A DNA stretch of 60,867 bases from Hydrolagus affinis (Eukaryota): assembly GCA_012026655.1 (NCBI GenBank), contig JAAILG010001860.1:1-60867 (forward strand), in the 5' to 3' direction. The translations under genes were made by a program, and so were the position numbers. Numbering within the stretch: the first letter of the stretch is position 1; each line of letters begins with the position of its first letter. The notes beneath the pieces were generated by a model. That model saw nothing but the letters and a program-made list of their open reading frames with translations. It ran no database searches and had not been told where the DNA came from. Positions 37,100 through 50,659 of the stretch are shown here, piece by piece.

Positions 37100-37690
37100 T
37101 TTTCACTAGAAAAAATATGCCGAAGATGGGACCTAATTAACATGTTACAAACTATAAAAGGGTTTGATAAGGTTCACATAGATAGGCCGTTTCCATCGAA
37201 CAGGGCTTTATAATCTCTGTATACCAGGTTGTATAAGACAATCAAGATATTCACATGAGGGAGAAGAGAATAAAGGGTGCAGGAGGAGGTAAGGAATGGG
37301 TGGAGATTCGCTTGGATTATAAACACCGACTGGTTGGGGCGAGTGGCCTGTTTCCATGCTGTAACATCTTTGGAAATTTACCAAAATGGAAAGAAACATA
37401 GCAATGTTAGCTTACTCACTGCTTAGCATGTCCAAACAGCGTCAGGCAAAAATAAGCAAGACAAATAGAACACTGGGCTACATTATCAAATTAGTTGGTC
37501 CAGTTCCCTGCAACACAAAGGCACAATCTCAGATCCTGGAGGCCAGTGCAGAGAATGACGAGGCTGATACGCAGTGTGGGAGAATAAGCTATGAAAAACA
37601 CCTGATTAAGCTATCGCATCTCAGAGGGGATCTTAAAGACATATGCAAACTGTGAAATAGGAGAGAGAATGTTAGCCGAGAACATACATT
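37100..37690 (+). mobile_element. Two degraded CR1 3' fragments
   Basis: FSLEK..RWDLINMLQTIKGFDKV, a tail GGGGCGAGTGGCCTGTTTCCATGCTGTA, then KTNRTLGYI and LRGDL. Confidence 0.6.
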
Positions 37691-40209
37691 TATACATTCG
37701 AAAAACTACAAAAACAGCATTGAAACCTTTGAAGCTCTGATGTTGGAAGTCAAAGTTGGCAGCAGAATTTCCTGTTCAGGGCTGTACAATTTGCAGTAAA
37801 ATATGAGCTTCAACAAGGTCTGAATGGGCTCCAGCATCGATGTTCAAATTGGTTGGTTTTACAGATGGAGGATAGCTGGGTGCGGCATTGACAATATTTC
37901 CATCATTATACAAGCTTTCCACCTTGTTAGTGAATATTGGCAATGTCAGTGCAGTTAACAACATACGGCATTATCCGCACACCACCGCATAGGCTTCACT
38001 TCTATTTTAATGATATGAGAAATTTCTCGTCCAGTGTTTTTAGTATTTAGTTAAGTGGGTTAGCATAATGTTAAAGTGATAATGCGACCATAACATATGA
38101 GTCCACTGTATTCTATTATGCAAATATCCCTTTGCAGAACCATAGTGTGCAAGCTGGAAAAGTAGAAAACCGAAAGCTCCAAAACTAAAAGCCTTTAAGA
38201 ATATGCAGAATTATGGAAAATTTTCTAATTCATTCTTAATTTGGAAGCTAGCTTTCTGCATTTCTACAAAAGAAGCTTCAAAATTAACACTGCATTTAAA
38301 TTTTTTTCCAGATAATGATCTTACAAGCTAAGACTAAGTAGATTTTCAGGCCTCAAGAGACTTCAATTGACCGTCTGAAAAACAATTTAATTGTGCGTCT
38401 CACTCTCAGCATCAATTAATGCAGACAAGTCAGGAAAATAGACAAAGTAAATGCATTCTTTGTGGCCTTCATTTTAATGACTAATGCAAGGAATAGGAAA
38501 ACACACATTGACTAGTTGCTATTCATTAAACTATTACTGCTTATGTTGCAGATGTGACATCGAAGGAAAATAATAACATAAAATTTAATTTTCCAGCCAT
38601 TATGACACACTCAGTTCCCTCAGGCTCAACTGTGTACAAGTACAACTCTCATGTTCAGTCAATGGTTGTAATATATGAAATAAAATGCCTGCGTACCTTC
38701 TGGAAATTCACTACTTTAGGTTTTCTAGTCTCTACTGGGTTTCAATGAAACAGTTGCATGAAGCATTAGCTTATTTTTAGGACACCTGGTTCCATTGTTT
38801 GTATCTTGTGGCTTCTACTCCTAGGTTAGATTATGACCATTATTATGTTCAGGATCTTGTACAATTCTTGTCTATAATTACCAGTTCTGAACTTCACTTA
38901 TTGAATGTGCAAGTTCTTGTTCAGACTAACATTTGTGCTATGCATGCTGCTCATCCTTTGGGGAACGCTGCCAATATTGTAATGTACTTATGTAGTACTG
39001 CTGTTGCTTTGTGAAACTATCTTTATCAGATGAATATACTTCATTCCATTACTGGCTTCCCCACGCAATTGAGAGCAATTTTCTATTTAGCAGTGACTTT
39101 GTACAGTGACCAACCATGAAATTGTACTCAAGACAAATTGAATCGCATTGACCAGGGGTACCTATTATATTATCTTCTGTATGTCCATGTGTGAACACTA
39201 CAGAGCCATTGAAATATCTTGGGTGTACAATTTAGAACTGTCAAAGCTAGGTTGCTATCCGCTGCCAGGCATCTAACTGGAACCATTTTTTTGAACACAC
39301 AGAGAACCACTGCTATTTTGATGTTGATTTTGTTAGTGGATGCATTCAAGAACAATTTATCTGTACAACACAGTTCCCTTAAATCCATTCTATTATCTCA
39401 CAGTGTTCACCAATCTTCCTTCCCACGCAACCCATCACCACCTGCACACTTAACATTGCTCCAGAGAAGCTAGTTCCTTTGAACAACATTGTAAATCTCA
39501 TTAATGGATCAATTTGCCTCTGCTTCAGATCACCACCCACTGCTGAGCTCCCAAAAGATGCAAACCGTCTTTAATTACAAATATCCTTAATACTTAAAAA
39601 CACCAATTGCTTTAAAATACCAATTGCTTTTTGCTTTATTTGTAATTAAGTGGCCAGGATATTGTGGAAAAGTACAGTGGAATACAATTGCTCTTTAAGT
39701 GAAGTTCTTAATTTTAAACTCCTACCGAGAAATAAAATGTTCCTAGGAGACAAGTCTAAACTTCACTGAAAGTGAGGAATTGAGTCAAATTTTTGGTTTT
39801 CAAAACATAATAATCTGAGTCACACCTTAGCATACAAAATTGGCCATTCACTTCACGGCTATGGATTTGTGCTATTTCTGTGCACAAAGTGTATGCTGCA
39901 TTTGCCTACAAAAATGGCAGTCATTATTGCACTTTATAGTGAATTACATGAAGCACTTTGAGACATCCTCTTGATGTGAAAGGTGCTATATCAAATGAAA
40001 AAATGATGGATAAAGATGTAGAAATATTATTTATTATTACTAATTTGTATTGTTAATATAGCCATGCGGTCCTGCTCACTGTATCTCTGTGTTGGAGGCG
40101 ATCCTCGACACCTGAACTGAAAAACCCTCCAACAGCAGCACCGGCAGCCAGGAGAGACACATCAGTAAAGCCACCAGTGCAAGGAACAACTTACTGTGTG
40201 AGCCTGGTG

Positions 40210-40436
40210 CAGTGGTCAGAAGTATGTGGGTTCAAGCCCCACTTCGGGACTTAGAATCATATAATCTAAGATAACTCCAATACAGCACTGAGGTAAGTTG
40301 CATCCAACAGGAGGTGTCATTCTTTGGAAGAGACATTAAACTGAGGTCCTGTCTGCCTGTTCAGGTGAATGTTGAAGATCTCTTGGCACTACTCAAAAAG
40401 ACAAGGCAGTTTCTCCTGGTGTCCTGGCCAACAACT
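40210..40436 (+). mobile_element. Deu-domain SINE (SacSINE1-like)
   Basis: GGGTTCAAGCCCCAC...GAGACATTAAACTGAGGTCCTGTCTGCCTGTTCAGGTG..GAAGATCTCTTGGCACTA..TCTCCTGGTGTCCTGGCCAACA, the Deu-domain block order. Confidence 0.8.
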
Positions 40437-40439
40437 TAA

Positions 40440-40972
40440 GCATTAGGTTCGATTCCCAGTTATCCTTCCTCACCTACAGCTGGTCCCTCACCAGCACCGC
40501 TTTTTTGCATCTCCGCCACATGGCCCACCTCCGCCAATACCTCACCCCAATAGATGCTGAAACCCTGGTCCATGCCTTTTTCACCTCTTGGCTAGATTAC
40601 TCTAATGCCCTCCTTGCTGGTCTCCCATCCTCCACCATCCCCAAAATTCAGTTCATACAAACGCCGCCTCCTACATTCTCACCCACGCTAAACTTCATAT
40701 CCCGATTATCCCGGTCCTTACCAAACTGCACTGACTCCATGTCACAGAGCGAATCGACTTCAAGATCCTCACATTTGTGTTTAAATCGCTCCACATTTCT
40801 GAACCCCCATCCTGCCCCACCCACCCCCTCCCTTCCACCTCCACCTCTCTAACCTCGTCTCTCCTCACAGCAGTACCTGCTCCCTCTGCTCTACCGGGTC
40901 CAGCCTCCTATTTGTCCCCCGAATCCTCTGCTCCACCATCGGCGACCAAGCTTTCAGCCACTACGCCACAAA
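40440..40972 (+). mobile_element. L2 ORF2 C-terminal fragment
   Basis: HLRHMAHLRQYLTPIDAETLVHAFFTSWLDYSNALLAGLP matches the L2 motif AE.LVHAFI.SRLDY.N.LL.GLP. Confidence 0.9.
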
Positions 40973-41319
40973 TTTTGGATGATTGCAAACATTTACAAAC
41001 CTGTTTGGTTTCCCAGTTTTACCATGAACTTATTGTTTTCAGTTGTGTTTCAAATGGCTACTATTGTTCAATAGTTAAAAATGTAAAAAAAAAGTAATCT
41101 GATAGGTAAATAACCAGGCAGTAATCCCCAATGGACTCCTTCATTATAGGAACTTAATTTAAATGTCAGTGAAAGTGTTTCTTATGCAAGCATGAATACT
41201 CTTAAAGGGAAAATGTGCTAAACTACCTAAAGAAATACTCATTTTATTTATTCTGGGTTTATTCTGAGATAGAGCAATCTGAATTGCTCAAAGAATTTAG
41301 CTATTGACTCTGCTTAAAT

Positions 41320-41452
41320 TATTGTGCACAATTGGCTAGCGCGTTTCACCCACAAAATTTACAGTCAATTCACTTTACAATATATTCTGTGAAGCACTTT
41401 GAGACATCTAGAAGACGTGAACAGCGCTATATCAAATGCAATGATTATTATT
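41320..41452 (+). mobile_element. SINE 3' fragment (L2-type tail)
   Basis: TGTGCACAATTGGC..CAGTCAATTCACTTTACA..GAAGCACTTTGAGACATCTAGAAGACGTG..GCGCTATATCAAATGCAA. Confidence 0.8.
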
Positions 41453-42369
41453 TAGTTAGTTTAACAAAATAGTTTATATCCTTTAAGTAGTTTGTTTTTC
41501 CATTTTTTGTTTAATCACACTGGTTCTCAAGAAGTTCCCATGAATAAACATATAATGACCACAAATGCTTATTGCTTTTAGTATATAATTCTTTATTGCC
41601 ACTACACAATGGTCATGCATGCTAATTTGGTGAGATAAAAGATAAATTAATACAACTTCAGTTTTAGTTAAAATTGTCTTGTTCAAAACATGCAACCTTT
41701 CGTGTATTGGCAAGCATCTCATTAAAATGTATTCATAACACTTTTGATCTGAACTAAAGTTCTGGAAAATGATCAAAAACTTACAGGAATATACAGTATT
41801 GTAAAGAAACTAAAATCAAGATAATGCTTCAATGAATATTTTGCATGATTATACAGTTAAATATAATAATATAGCAAATTTGAAAAGACCATGAATATAT
41901 CTCTCACATTACACTAAAAAGACAATACTCAATTATTTTCACTTTGTAAGGCTCAATTCTAAGCACTTCATGGCATTTTGAATTCTGAAGACTTTTTTTA
42001 ATATTTCCAATTCTTAAGACTGTGAGCATTAAACAGAAAAAAATCATGAATTGATATCACTGGGAACCCACCAAAATTGATTCATGACACATGTGTAATG
42101 TGAAAGTGGAGGGCACACTGCGAATTTCAGGAAGTTCAGTTCCCTGTTGTTTTAAAATTATAAATTGGTTTACAACAACAAAAATTACATTTGTACAGCA
42201 CCTTTCACATTGGGAAGACATCCCAAGGTTTATAAAGGAACATGGAGGTCAAATGGCCACCGTAACATGGAAGTGATGCAATCCAAATGACTGTGTGGTA
42301 AGGGACGCAGACTCATTGGTTAGGCAATTCACTGGATACACAGACCCTCTAACCTTTCATACTACCGTC

Positions 42370-43625
42370 ATTTCCATCGTGCCCTTCCTTGCCAAAGTCC
42401 TGCAATGCATTGTTACAGGTTAACTTTGGCCACACTTCTCCCTCCAATCCCTTCCTCAAACCCGACAGTCTGGTTTTCACCCTGCCCATTTAGTGCTTGT
42501 CAAAGAGTCAAACAAGATCCTCTCTGTGACCAGAGCTCCCTCTGCCTCCTTGTGTTCCTGAATCACACTGTCATCTCCCGCTTGGATTACTCAAACACAC
42601 TCCTTGCCAATCTCTCAAACGCCACCATTCAAAAAATCCAGCTCATTCAGAACTCTGCTGCACACATACTGACCTGGACCAAACAGTGTACCACAAGCTC
42701 ACCAGTTCTGGCTAGGGTCCACTGGCGCCCTATCACCAAATGGATCAATATCAAGATCCTCGCACTCATTTTCAAATCCCTTCTATCATTCGAACATCCC
42801 TACCTCTGCAAACCCACTCACTCCCCAATCGACCACCCAGCACCTCAGCTTGACTGGCACTGGCCTCCTGCTCGTTCCTCACTCCCTCTGCTCCACCATT
42901 GGAGATCGCTCATTCAACCACTAGGCCCCGAATTTCTGGATACTGTCCCTCAACATTGCCCCCTCTCTCCCCCTTTTCAAGTCCCATCTGCGAATCTTCC
43001 TTTTTGACCGTACTTACGGTCACCTCCCCCACCTGCGGCTCGGAGTCAGGCTACACCCCACCCCCCCACCCCTCCGATAAATGCTCTCAGGTGCTGTCCT
43101 GCATCTCTCTCCTCGTCGGCCTCCCCAGCTCCTCCCTTCACAGGCTGCAGATCATTCAGAACTCTGCAGCTCATGTACTCTCCCGTACCAGGCTTCGCGG
43201 CCACATCACTCCCACTCTCGCCTCACTGGCTCTCTGTCACACAGGTGATCAAATTCAAGATCCTTGTCCTCACTTTCAAAGCCATTCACGGCCTTGCCCC
43301 CACTTATGTCTCTGACCTACTGTCTCCCTACCAGCCTGCCTGCACCCTCCATTCAGCAGACTCAGGCCTGCTCCGCATCCACCGCCCTAACTGCCCAACC
43401 ATCGGCGGCCGGGCTTCCAGCCTCTCTGCTCCCACACTGTGGAACTCCATCCTCCACCTCGCTTCCTCCCTTTCCTCCTTCAAGGCCATTCTCAAGACCC
43501 TCCTCTTCGACCGCGCCTTCGGCTGCCCCACTAACTCTTCCCCCTCTCCCACTCTCCTTCCCCTTCCCCCTACTTTGACCCTCCCCCACCCCTCCACTTT
43601 CCCGACATGAAAGGCGCTATATAAA
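42370..43625 (+). mobile_element. Two tandem L2 3' fragments (~42370-43100 and ~43105-43625)
   Basis: ISRLDYSNTLLANL..IQKIQLIQNSAA..HWRPI, then LHRLQIIQNSAA, IKFKILVLTFKAIHGLAPTYVSDLL and APTLWNS; tail GAAAGGCGCTATATAAA. Confidence 0.9.
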
Positions 43626-43779
43626 AGGTAAAATTTAGCCCTATGCTAAGTTAGCCTACATGAAAAACTCTCTGCAAATCCACACTGTTGTTTAGAATGG
43701 CAAAGGACCAGTGAGTGTGATGAACTGTGTTGAAATGACAGATTGACAAGAAAAACAGGCAGACTGATGCACATAAAAA

Positions 43780-43855
43780 CAGTGAGTCACCACACACAGG
43801 GATACAGAACAGAGGCAGGAAGTGAGGAAGTGAAAACCATGTGAAAGATAACAGA
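43780..43855. promoter_or_regulatory. Candidate enhancer: AP-1, RUNX, 2x ETS (one ETS-IRF composite), E-box and GATA within ~70 bp
   Basis: TGAGTCA 43783-43789; ACCACA 43789-43794; CAGGAAGT 43816-43823; GAGGAAGT 43824-43831 overlapping GGAAGTGAAA 43826-43835; CATGTG 43838-43843; AGATAA 43846-43851. Motif evidence only. Confidence 0.4.
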
Positions 43856-44659
43856 CTAATTTCACAAAGAGAACTCACTACTAACAGTTCTCACCTATAG
43901 ACTAAGCCCTTCAGCTTCCAGTCCATCCTGGGATAGGTCAGTTTACTAGCTGGGTGTAGATGTGAATTTATTGCAGATTATTGTGGAGCGCATTATTCAT
44001 TGGGTGAATTAAAATATCCATTTCACGAGCCCTCCTGCTCATTTGGTCCTTCTATAACTCTGCAGAACTTCTAAAGTGTTTGAAAAGCACAATCAATTCA
44101 GCAAAAGGAAATTCTCTTCCCTGTAAAATGCTCTCATTAAGCCCATCTTTTGTACTCTTTCAGTCTATATAGAGTCAATTTATACCTCCTCCACACCCAA
44201 CAACTAATTTAAAGTTGAAAGGTGGTAAGAAAAAAAGTTTAATTTATCAAACTTTCACTGGATGCTTAGAAGATAAACTCAGCGACATGAAATCCGTGTC
44301 TAGGGTTCAAATAACTAATTATATGAAAAAAATGCTGGAGACTAACATTTTATCCTCCTATTGATTTTTGTGGAAGAAAACGAGTGGGCTGAGCAATAGT
44401 AGATCCTTCACGGAGAGCAGCTGACTGACTATACAAAACACAGGATCTCTTTATACCTCCTGTCTTGGAATAAATATTATACTATCTACACAGCGAAAAA
44501 AAAGGAAGAGATGCAACAAGAATCAAAAACATTTCCAGAGCTTAGGAGCACCTATCATTTATGAATATTTTACTGAATATATTAAATTTGTATCATATCA
44601 CAAACTTAAAAAAGGACAATCCTTTTAAGACATAGATAAGAAGTATTAATTACAACATA

Positions 44660-44940
44660 GTTTCCTCTGCAATCCCTACTCAAACCTCTCTAATCCAGCT
44701 TCCACCCTGCCACAATAAGAGACAGCGCTCATTAAAAGTCACAAGCAATGTCCTCTCTACCTGCCACGTTTGACACAGTGGATCATGCCATCCTCTTCCA
44801 CCTCTCCTCCAGCATCAATCTCAATGGGTCTCACTCGCTTGGTTCTAGTCCTACCTTCCAAACCTCCATTACTACATTTCCACAAATGGCTTTTCTTCCT
44901 GTCATCGCCCAATCACCTATGGTATACCCCAAGGTTCAAT
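44660..44940 (+). mobile_element. L2 RT fragment
   Basis: ETALIKV-like stretch, ATFDTVDHAIL and GIPQGS. Confidence 0.75.
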
Positions 44941-45129
44941 CTATGTTACAAAGCACTACATGGGCTTCATTTCTTCTCCATGGTGTAAAATAGTATGACA
45001 TACAACAATGAAGAATAAGAACAACAACAACAAATTACATTTGTACATCACCTTTCGCTTTGGGAGGACATCTCAAGGCACTGGAAAGATAATACATTTT
45101 CAGCCATTATGCCTTTGCTCCTTCTTAAA

Positions 45130-46060
45130 ATGTGTCCACCTTGTTGCTTTCCCTCATTGCCCTCTGTTCCACCCTTGAGGGCCCCACTTCAGCAATTATG
45201 CCCCGAAACCCCCTTCCTCTGTCCCTCCACCACCTTGCCTCTTTTGCAGCTCATGCCTGCAGACCTTCCTATTTGACTGTGCCTATGGCCACCTCCCTCC
45301 AGCTTGGAGTTGTGCTCCACTACTTTGCAGTGTACTGTGATGTTATCCTGAGAGAGGTTGCTATACAAATGCAAGTTCTAATTATTCCTTCTGTTTCATC
45401 TTTCTCCAGCCAAAAACCTGCCTCTTGCCCTTGGTAATTGAGGGGATCCATTCAGCCATCTCTACCCCATATACCACTATCCCAGGATCCACCCTCCACC
45501 CACCTCCCATTACACAACTTTTACCCTATCTCTCCCTCCACCCTCTCTGCTCTCATTCGGAAAATGAAATCCAGCACCTGCTCCCTCCACAACATCCCCA
45601 CCTCTCTTCTCATCTCAAAGCTCCACATCCAAGCCCTCCTCCTAACCGACAATATCAACCTCTCCCTATCCACTGGCCATGTTCCGACCCCTCTAAAAAC
45701 AGCTGTCATCATCACCCCCATCCTGAAATAACATTCTCTGGAAACCATCCCTACTCTCCAACTACCACCCCATCTCCAATCTCTCATTTTTCTCTAAGGC
45801 CTTGGAACGTGTCACTCCTTTCACTCCTTTCTCTCTTGTCATTCCCTCTTTGAACCCCTCCACCTCGCCCCCTCCCTCGCTTCCTTCAAGTCCTGCCTCA
45901 AGACCCTCATCTTCGACGGTCCCATCGATCACCCCAAATTCCCTCCTCTCCCTCCACCCTCCCCGATGCCGACCCCAGCTAGATCTGAAACATTGACTGT
46001 CCAATGCCTTGGGAAGTCCTCCTGATGTGAAAGGCGCTATACAAATCTAATTTTGTTATT
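45130..46060 (+). mobile_element. Cluster of L2 fragments ending in a tail
   Basis: INLSLSTGHVPTPLKTAVIITPILK (L2 pre-RT region), a YHPISNL-like stretch, and tail GCCTTGGGAAGTCCTCCTGATGTGAAAGGCGCTATACAAAT. Confidence 0.8.
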
Positions 46061-49000
46061 AGTAACTGTGGACTTGATCACTAATCTCGAACCCCTCCCT
46101 CAACTTCCTAACTCTATAAAGTCTGAAACAATTTCCAGCCTCTGTAGTGTTTAGCATTTTTTTAAAACTCTATAAAGTGTTTGGAGGCATTTGATTGAAT
46201 TATTTTAGTTATATAAAGATGAACCTCAGAATGTGATTACATCTGTGAACTGCCTTCCCACCAATAACAACAAGCAATAACCAGTAATAAGAAAGAAATT
46301 GCATTTTTATAGCAGCTTAGCAATTTAGCAGCTTATCAATTTGAAAAGTGCTTCACAGTTAACTACTCTGATAGATAATTGTACAGCTCGGAAACAGGCC
46401 ATTCAGATCAGATTCAATCTCAACTGTAGTGACTGGTTTTGTAACCAAAACACAGCAGTCATTTGTACCCGCAGATCTCAAAACAGCCATGGGATTAATG
46501 ACCAATTATGAATTACTCCCCCCCCATGTTCATTTACAACTACAAATTTAGCATTCTCATAAAATATTAGATATAATCAAGCAAATTTAATAGATAACAA
46601 CTGAAAATTAAACACTCAACCTTGGATAACATGTCAAATATTACAACCTGGAAAAGCAAAAGAAGCAGCAAAATAACATGAAAGTCTTGGTTTTCCTCAG
46701 TTCTTAACATGTGTGTGAAAACTTACTAAACTTAATTGAGATTTTAATTGGTCTGCACGGAATACAGATTCCATCCCACACACTATTCAAAATAATAAAA
46801 GGGACAATTTGAAGCAATAAAGCTATTTTAGCAGTTGCAAATCAAAATCTCAACCTTTGTTAACAAAAAAGAGCTTACTGCTGAATTGATTGTGTAGAGC
46901 CTGAAAGAGTAAAGATTCTCCTTAACTCAGGAGATTGTTTAGTCCCAGAATTGACACTAAAATCAGGTTTAAGAAGGACACTTTAACCACAAATTCTATC
47001 CCACTCACAGCCAATTGTTAAAAAACAGCCAAAAAATGGTATATTTTTACAATCACTGCAATTTTGAGCTCTAAAAGAAGCAGAAGTTATAAATTCATCA
47101 GGTGACATTCACTGCAAATATACCACTGATCTGCCGTCTTGTTTTTATTTTAACTCAGTAGTTTTTCAAACAGAAAAGCCCTCACAATGTCCTCAGAGAG
47201 AAAATTTATAGCTGAAAGGATGGGTCCGAAACACTGATTATCCAGTGCCTTGGGATGGCTTCCCAACATGGAAGGCCCTATTCAAATGTAATTTTTGCCA
47301 TTGTTGTTGACTATTATTTGGAAAGTTATGCTGCAAGCTATGTTGGGCCACTTGTTATCTGCCTAGGTATAGAGATACCGATATAAGGTATATATGTAGG
47401 TGTATGTGAACGACTCAACTTGCAGATGAAATGGTGATTCATTAAAAATATAAATACAATCCTATTGCAATATGTAGCTATTTACTTGGGGAGAAAAAAT
47501 AGAAGTGAAATCAAACCTTATCATTGAAAAAGCTAAAGGAAATGATTTATCACATGCAACATGTTATACTTACAGTACAGTGAGGGTGGCACATAAGTAG
47601 ACAGAGTTGAACAATTAATTCCAAATGAATTATGATGCACCTTATTTCCAAATCATTTTGTTTCATGTTCCCTCTTCAAATGAAGGGTTTTGCTTGATAC
47701 TTTACCCTTTTGTTTGTGGAACGTTTCAACAAGCAGCTCTGGTTTCCCTGCTCAGCAGCCACAATATATGATTTGCACTCTTTGAGAAAACGAGTTTCAT
47801 ATTCAAAAAACACAGGTGGTCTACACACATTCATTGCAAAAAGAAAACACTTGTGTTGCTCACAGATTTGCAGAAATATATGCCACACAATCTATTTAAG
47901 TTAACTACCCTTTAAAGAAAGTTTAAAGAAAAAATTCTTGTATTTGATGCAACAACTTTCACGTCATTAAATCTTTCAAAGAGCTCCACAAGATTCAATA
48001 CAATATGCAACTCTTCTTTTTGTGTGAACAAGGCAGTCAATTTGTACACAGCAATATCCCACAAATAGCCATAAAGTAAATGACTTTATGCAGAATAATA
48101 AATGCAGAAATATATTTTTTAATGCATGTAAGATATGTAAGAAATAATGCAGTGCTCAATGAAAAAAATTAACAGAGCAGTATAGCGACTAAGCAGAAAG
48201 CATTTTGACTATAAAATAAAAGGAACGCAAATGTTAATGTGCAAGCAAAGACTCAAGGCTACAGAACACAAAAATACTACAGAAACAAATACAAATTGTG
48301 TCTTTAAATTTCTAGGGAACATTAATGAAAGACAGATGACCGAGAAGTCTTCAATTAAACAAAAAGAATAGTGTGCAAACGTGATTATGGAAGCTGTATC
48401 TTCCACACACCGTAATATTTTCTCTGTTACATGAATTCCTTAGGTGCAAGCCACAATGTCAAAGAAAATACAGTAGCTTGTATTATTAAAATGCAATGAA
48501 AACAAAGATAATGTTTCTGCTTCATGAGAATGTTTGCAAACGTTACTATAAAACCTGGAAAGTGAGTAAGAGGAAATCAACCAGGGAAATGATGTATACT
48601 GTGCTTTCACTGAATTCCATTTATTACTTAATTTATATTCATATTAGTTTTAATTTAAAATCAAACTGTTTGGAAAAAAGTATTATGGTTTACAGTAAAT
48701 ACGATTTATTGCTTTTTATACACCTGTTTTGGTGAGAATGCATTGCTCGGATATGCACTCGGATATTTTGAGCATAATAAAATAGTATGCTTCAAAATAT
48801 TTTAACCTTACAAGACATCCATTCCAAACAAACTATAAACAAAAAATGTAGATATTAGAATCATAATTTTGATCTGCTAGATATGCTGGAAACTATCAAT
48901 AACAATATATAGTATTAATATCAATTATAATCAGATAGTTGTCTCTTTGATTTACTTTTGAAAATACAGAGATAATTTTATTGTTCAAGGAAATGAGGAA

Positions 49001-49739
49001 AAGACATTATCCCACAAAACAAAATGATCAAATATCTATTAAGGCATAATTACCTCTAGCATTGCCAGCTTTTAACATCAATTCAGTAATTAGATCTGTT
49101 GCAAGCCATAAACTTGCATGAATAACCATTAAAAAGATGCAAGAACAGAAGGGGAATCAAGAGTGAAAGGGACTGAAGGACGTCCACCTTGCTCCGGGCA
49201 GGAAAAGCAGGAAAATGAAATTGTAAAAGGAAAACCCGAAGCAAACACGGAAAACATGAATGTAATACTTGTAAAAGCTAGTTAGGAAATGATAGCATGA
49301 AGGATGTGGGAAGAGTTTGTATATGTAAGAAAAGTGGGAATTGAAGATTTGGGCCTATATTTACCACATGAGAAACTATCTGAGGCCGCGTGAAACTGAT
49401 TAGAGCGATGCCTTACCCTGACTGATAACTAACTGTTTAATCACCAGCTCTTCCTTCATCTAGTTGATATTTGATAAGAGGCAATGAGGAGCAGCGTGTA
49501 CAACATCTGATATCCTTCACCGGCTCCAAGTCTTTAACATTCTTTGTCTTGTACTGACTGATAAATTCAGACTCATTAATGTTCAAACAAGAGGATTCCC
49601 ATAATGCTCGACAAACTACTGTATATTGATACACCATTAACTAACTGCTTGACAAAGAAAAGGTTACATTGAAAATTCCCATGGAACAGTTGGAAACATT
49701 ACTCCAAGGAAAACTCAATACGAGAAACAAACCCTCAGT

Positions 49740-50110
49740 CGCAAAACGTGCTATTGAATTTGTGCACAATACTAGTCCTGCCCCACTTGGAGCCAGCAAT
49801 AGGTAAGTTGTTGCTGTATTACAGTAAGAAGGTTTTTGCAGTGGAGAGAGTAAAGCAAAGGGCAACCAAATTGATAGCTAAAATAAGGCACATGGGTGAC
49901 AAATTGAGGCCACAAAAGCAGGAAATATTCACGTTGAAAAAAAGAAATCAAAGTCATCCTACTGAAGTATTCACATTGTAAAGGGTTTAGATAAACTGAC
50001 TATAATTATATGTAAAATAAACTACAAGCGGAGATGAAATTGAGCTAAGAAGAGGGAAAGTACACAGAAAGATCAGATTGAATTACTTTACACAGTGATG
50101 GATACAGTGA
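49740..50110 (+). mobile_element. Degraded CR1 3' fragment
   Basis: LVLPHLE...YSKKVFAVERVKQRATKLI...FTLKKR. Confidence 0.7.
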
Positions 50111-50116
50111 TTCATA

Positions 50117-50455
50117 CAGTGAAAGCTTGTTTATCCATGACCCGATTAACCTGATTGCTCAACCCCCACTCCCGGGGCAATTCCCCATTCCAGCAATCAC
50201 AAGTATGCTCAATTTGCGCATGCGCACTTATTAAACTTATGAACTTGGGAGTTTTTTAAAAATTGTAAAAAAATGCTTTTTTTACCTATTTTTACTGAGT
50301 GTGCTGAAATCTTTATTGGTAAGTAGCTATACAATATTCTGTTACTATTTAGTATATTATTAATATAGTATGTTTCAAAATAAGTACATTTTTTGTGTTG
50401 GGTTTTCGGCAACTTGCCGTCCGATTATCCGGCACAGTCAATTAGTTGAAACCCC
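50117..50455. mobile_element. Tigger-like MITE, one end missing; inverted relative to 50739-51096
   Basis: Starts TA|CAGTGAAAGCTTGTTTATCC. Body is the reverse complement of 50739-51096 (e.g. CCCGGGGCAATTCCCCATTCCAGCAATCA vs TGATTGCTGGAATGGGGAATTGCCCCGGG). Confidence 0.85.
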
Positions 50456-50464
50456 CCAAAGACG

Positions 50465-50657
50465 TCACCTCACTGATATCTGTCTGCTGCCGCCGCCGCT
50501 CCTGCTACGTTTACAGCTGCTGCGGCGACGCATGCTGTAGGAGTCGAAGCAGGGCCAGCCCCCCAAAATTTTCGCGCCCCCCCCAAATATCAGCGCCCCC
50601 CAAAATCTTGGCACCCTAGGCGACCGCCTAGTTCGCCTAATGGTAGCGCTGGCCCTG
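50465..50657. mobile_element. GC-rich hAT-like transposon end
   Basis: GCGCCCC and CGCCTA subterminal repeats ending GGTAGCGCTGGCCCTG. A matching CAGGGCCAGC at 50550 gives a 10-bp inverted pair, but no 8-bp TSD is visible. Confidence 0.55.
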
Positions 50658-50659
50658 CT

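Noticed and set aside
40088-40140. Hairpin TGTTGGAGG/CCTCCAACA as pre-miRNA
   Set aside because: Only ~9-12 bp of stem with a large loop, too short for a miRNA precursor.
42405-43610. Longest ORFs in the track (200 aa, 145 aa and overlapping ones)
   Set aside because: L2 ORF2 C-terminal relics; C-rich sequence lacks stops in several frames.
49437-49637. Minus-strand ORF VVCRALWESSCLN... as an exon
   Set aside because: Weak splice signals and no recognisable homology.
50550-50657. Self-contained 108-bp hAT MITE with 10-bp TIRs
   Set aside because: The flanks show no 8-bp TSD and GC-rich sequence continues leftwards, so it is kept only as a transposon end.
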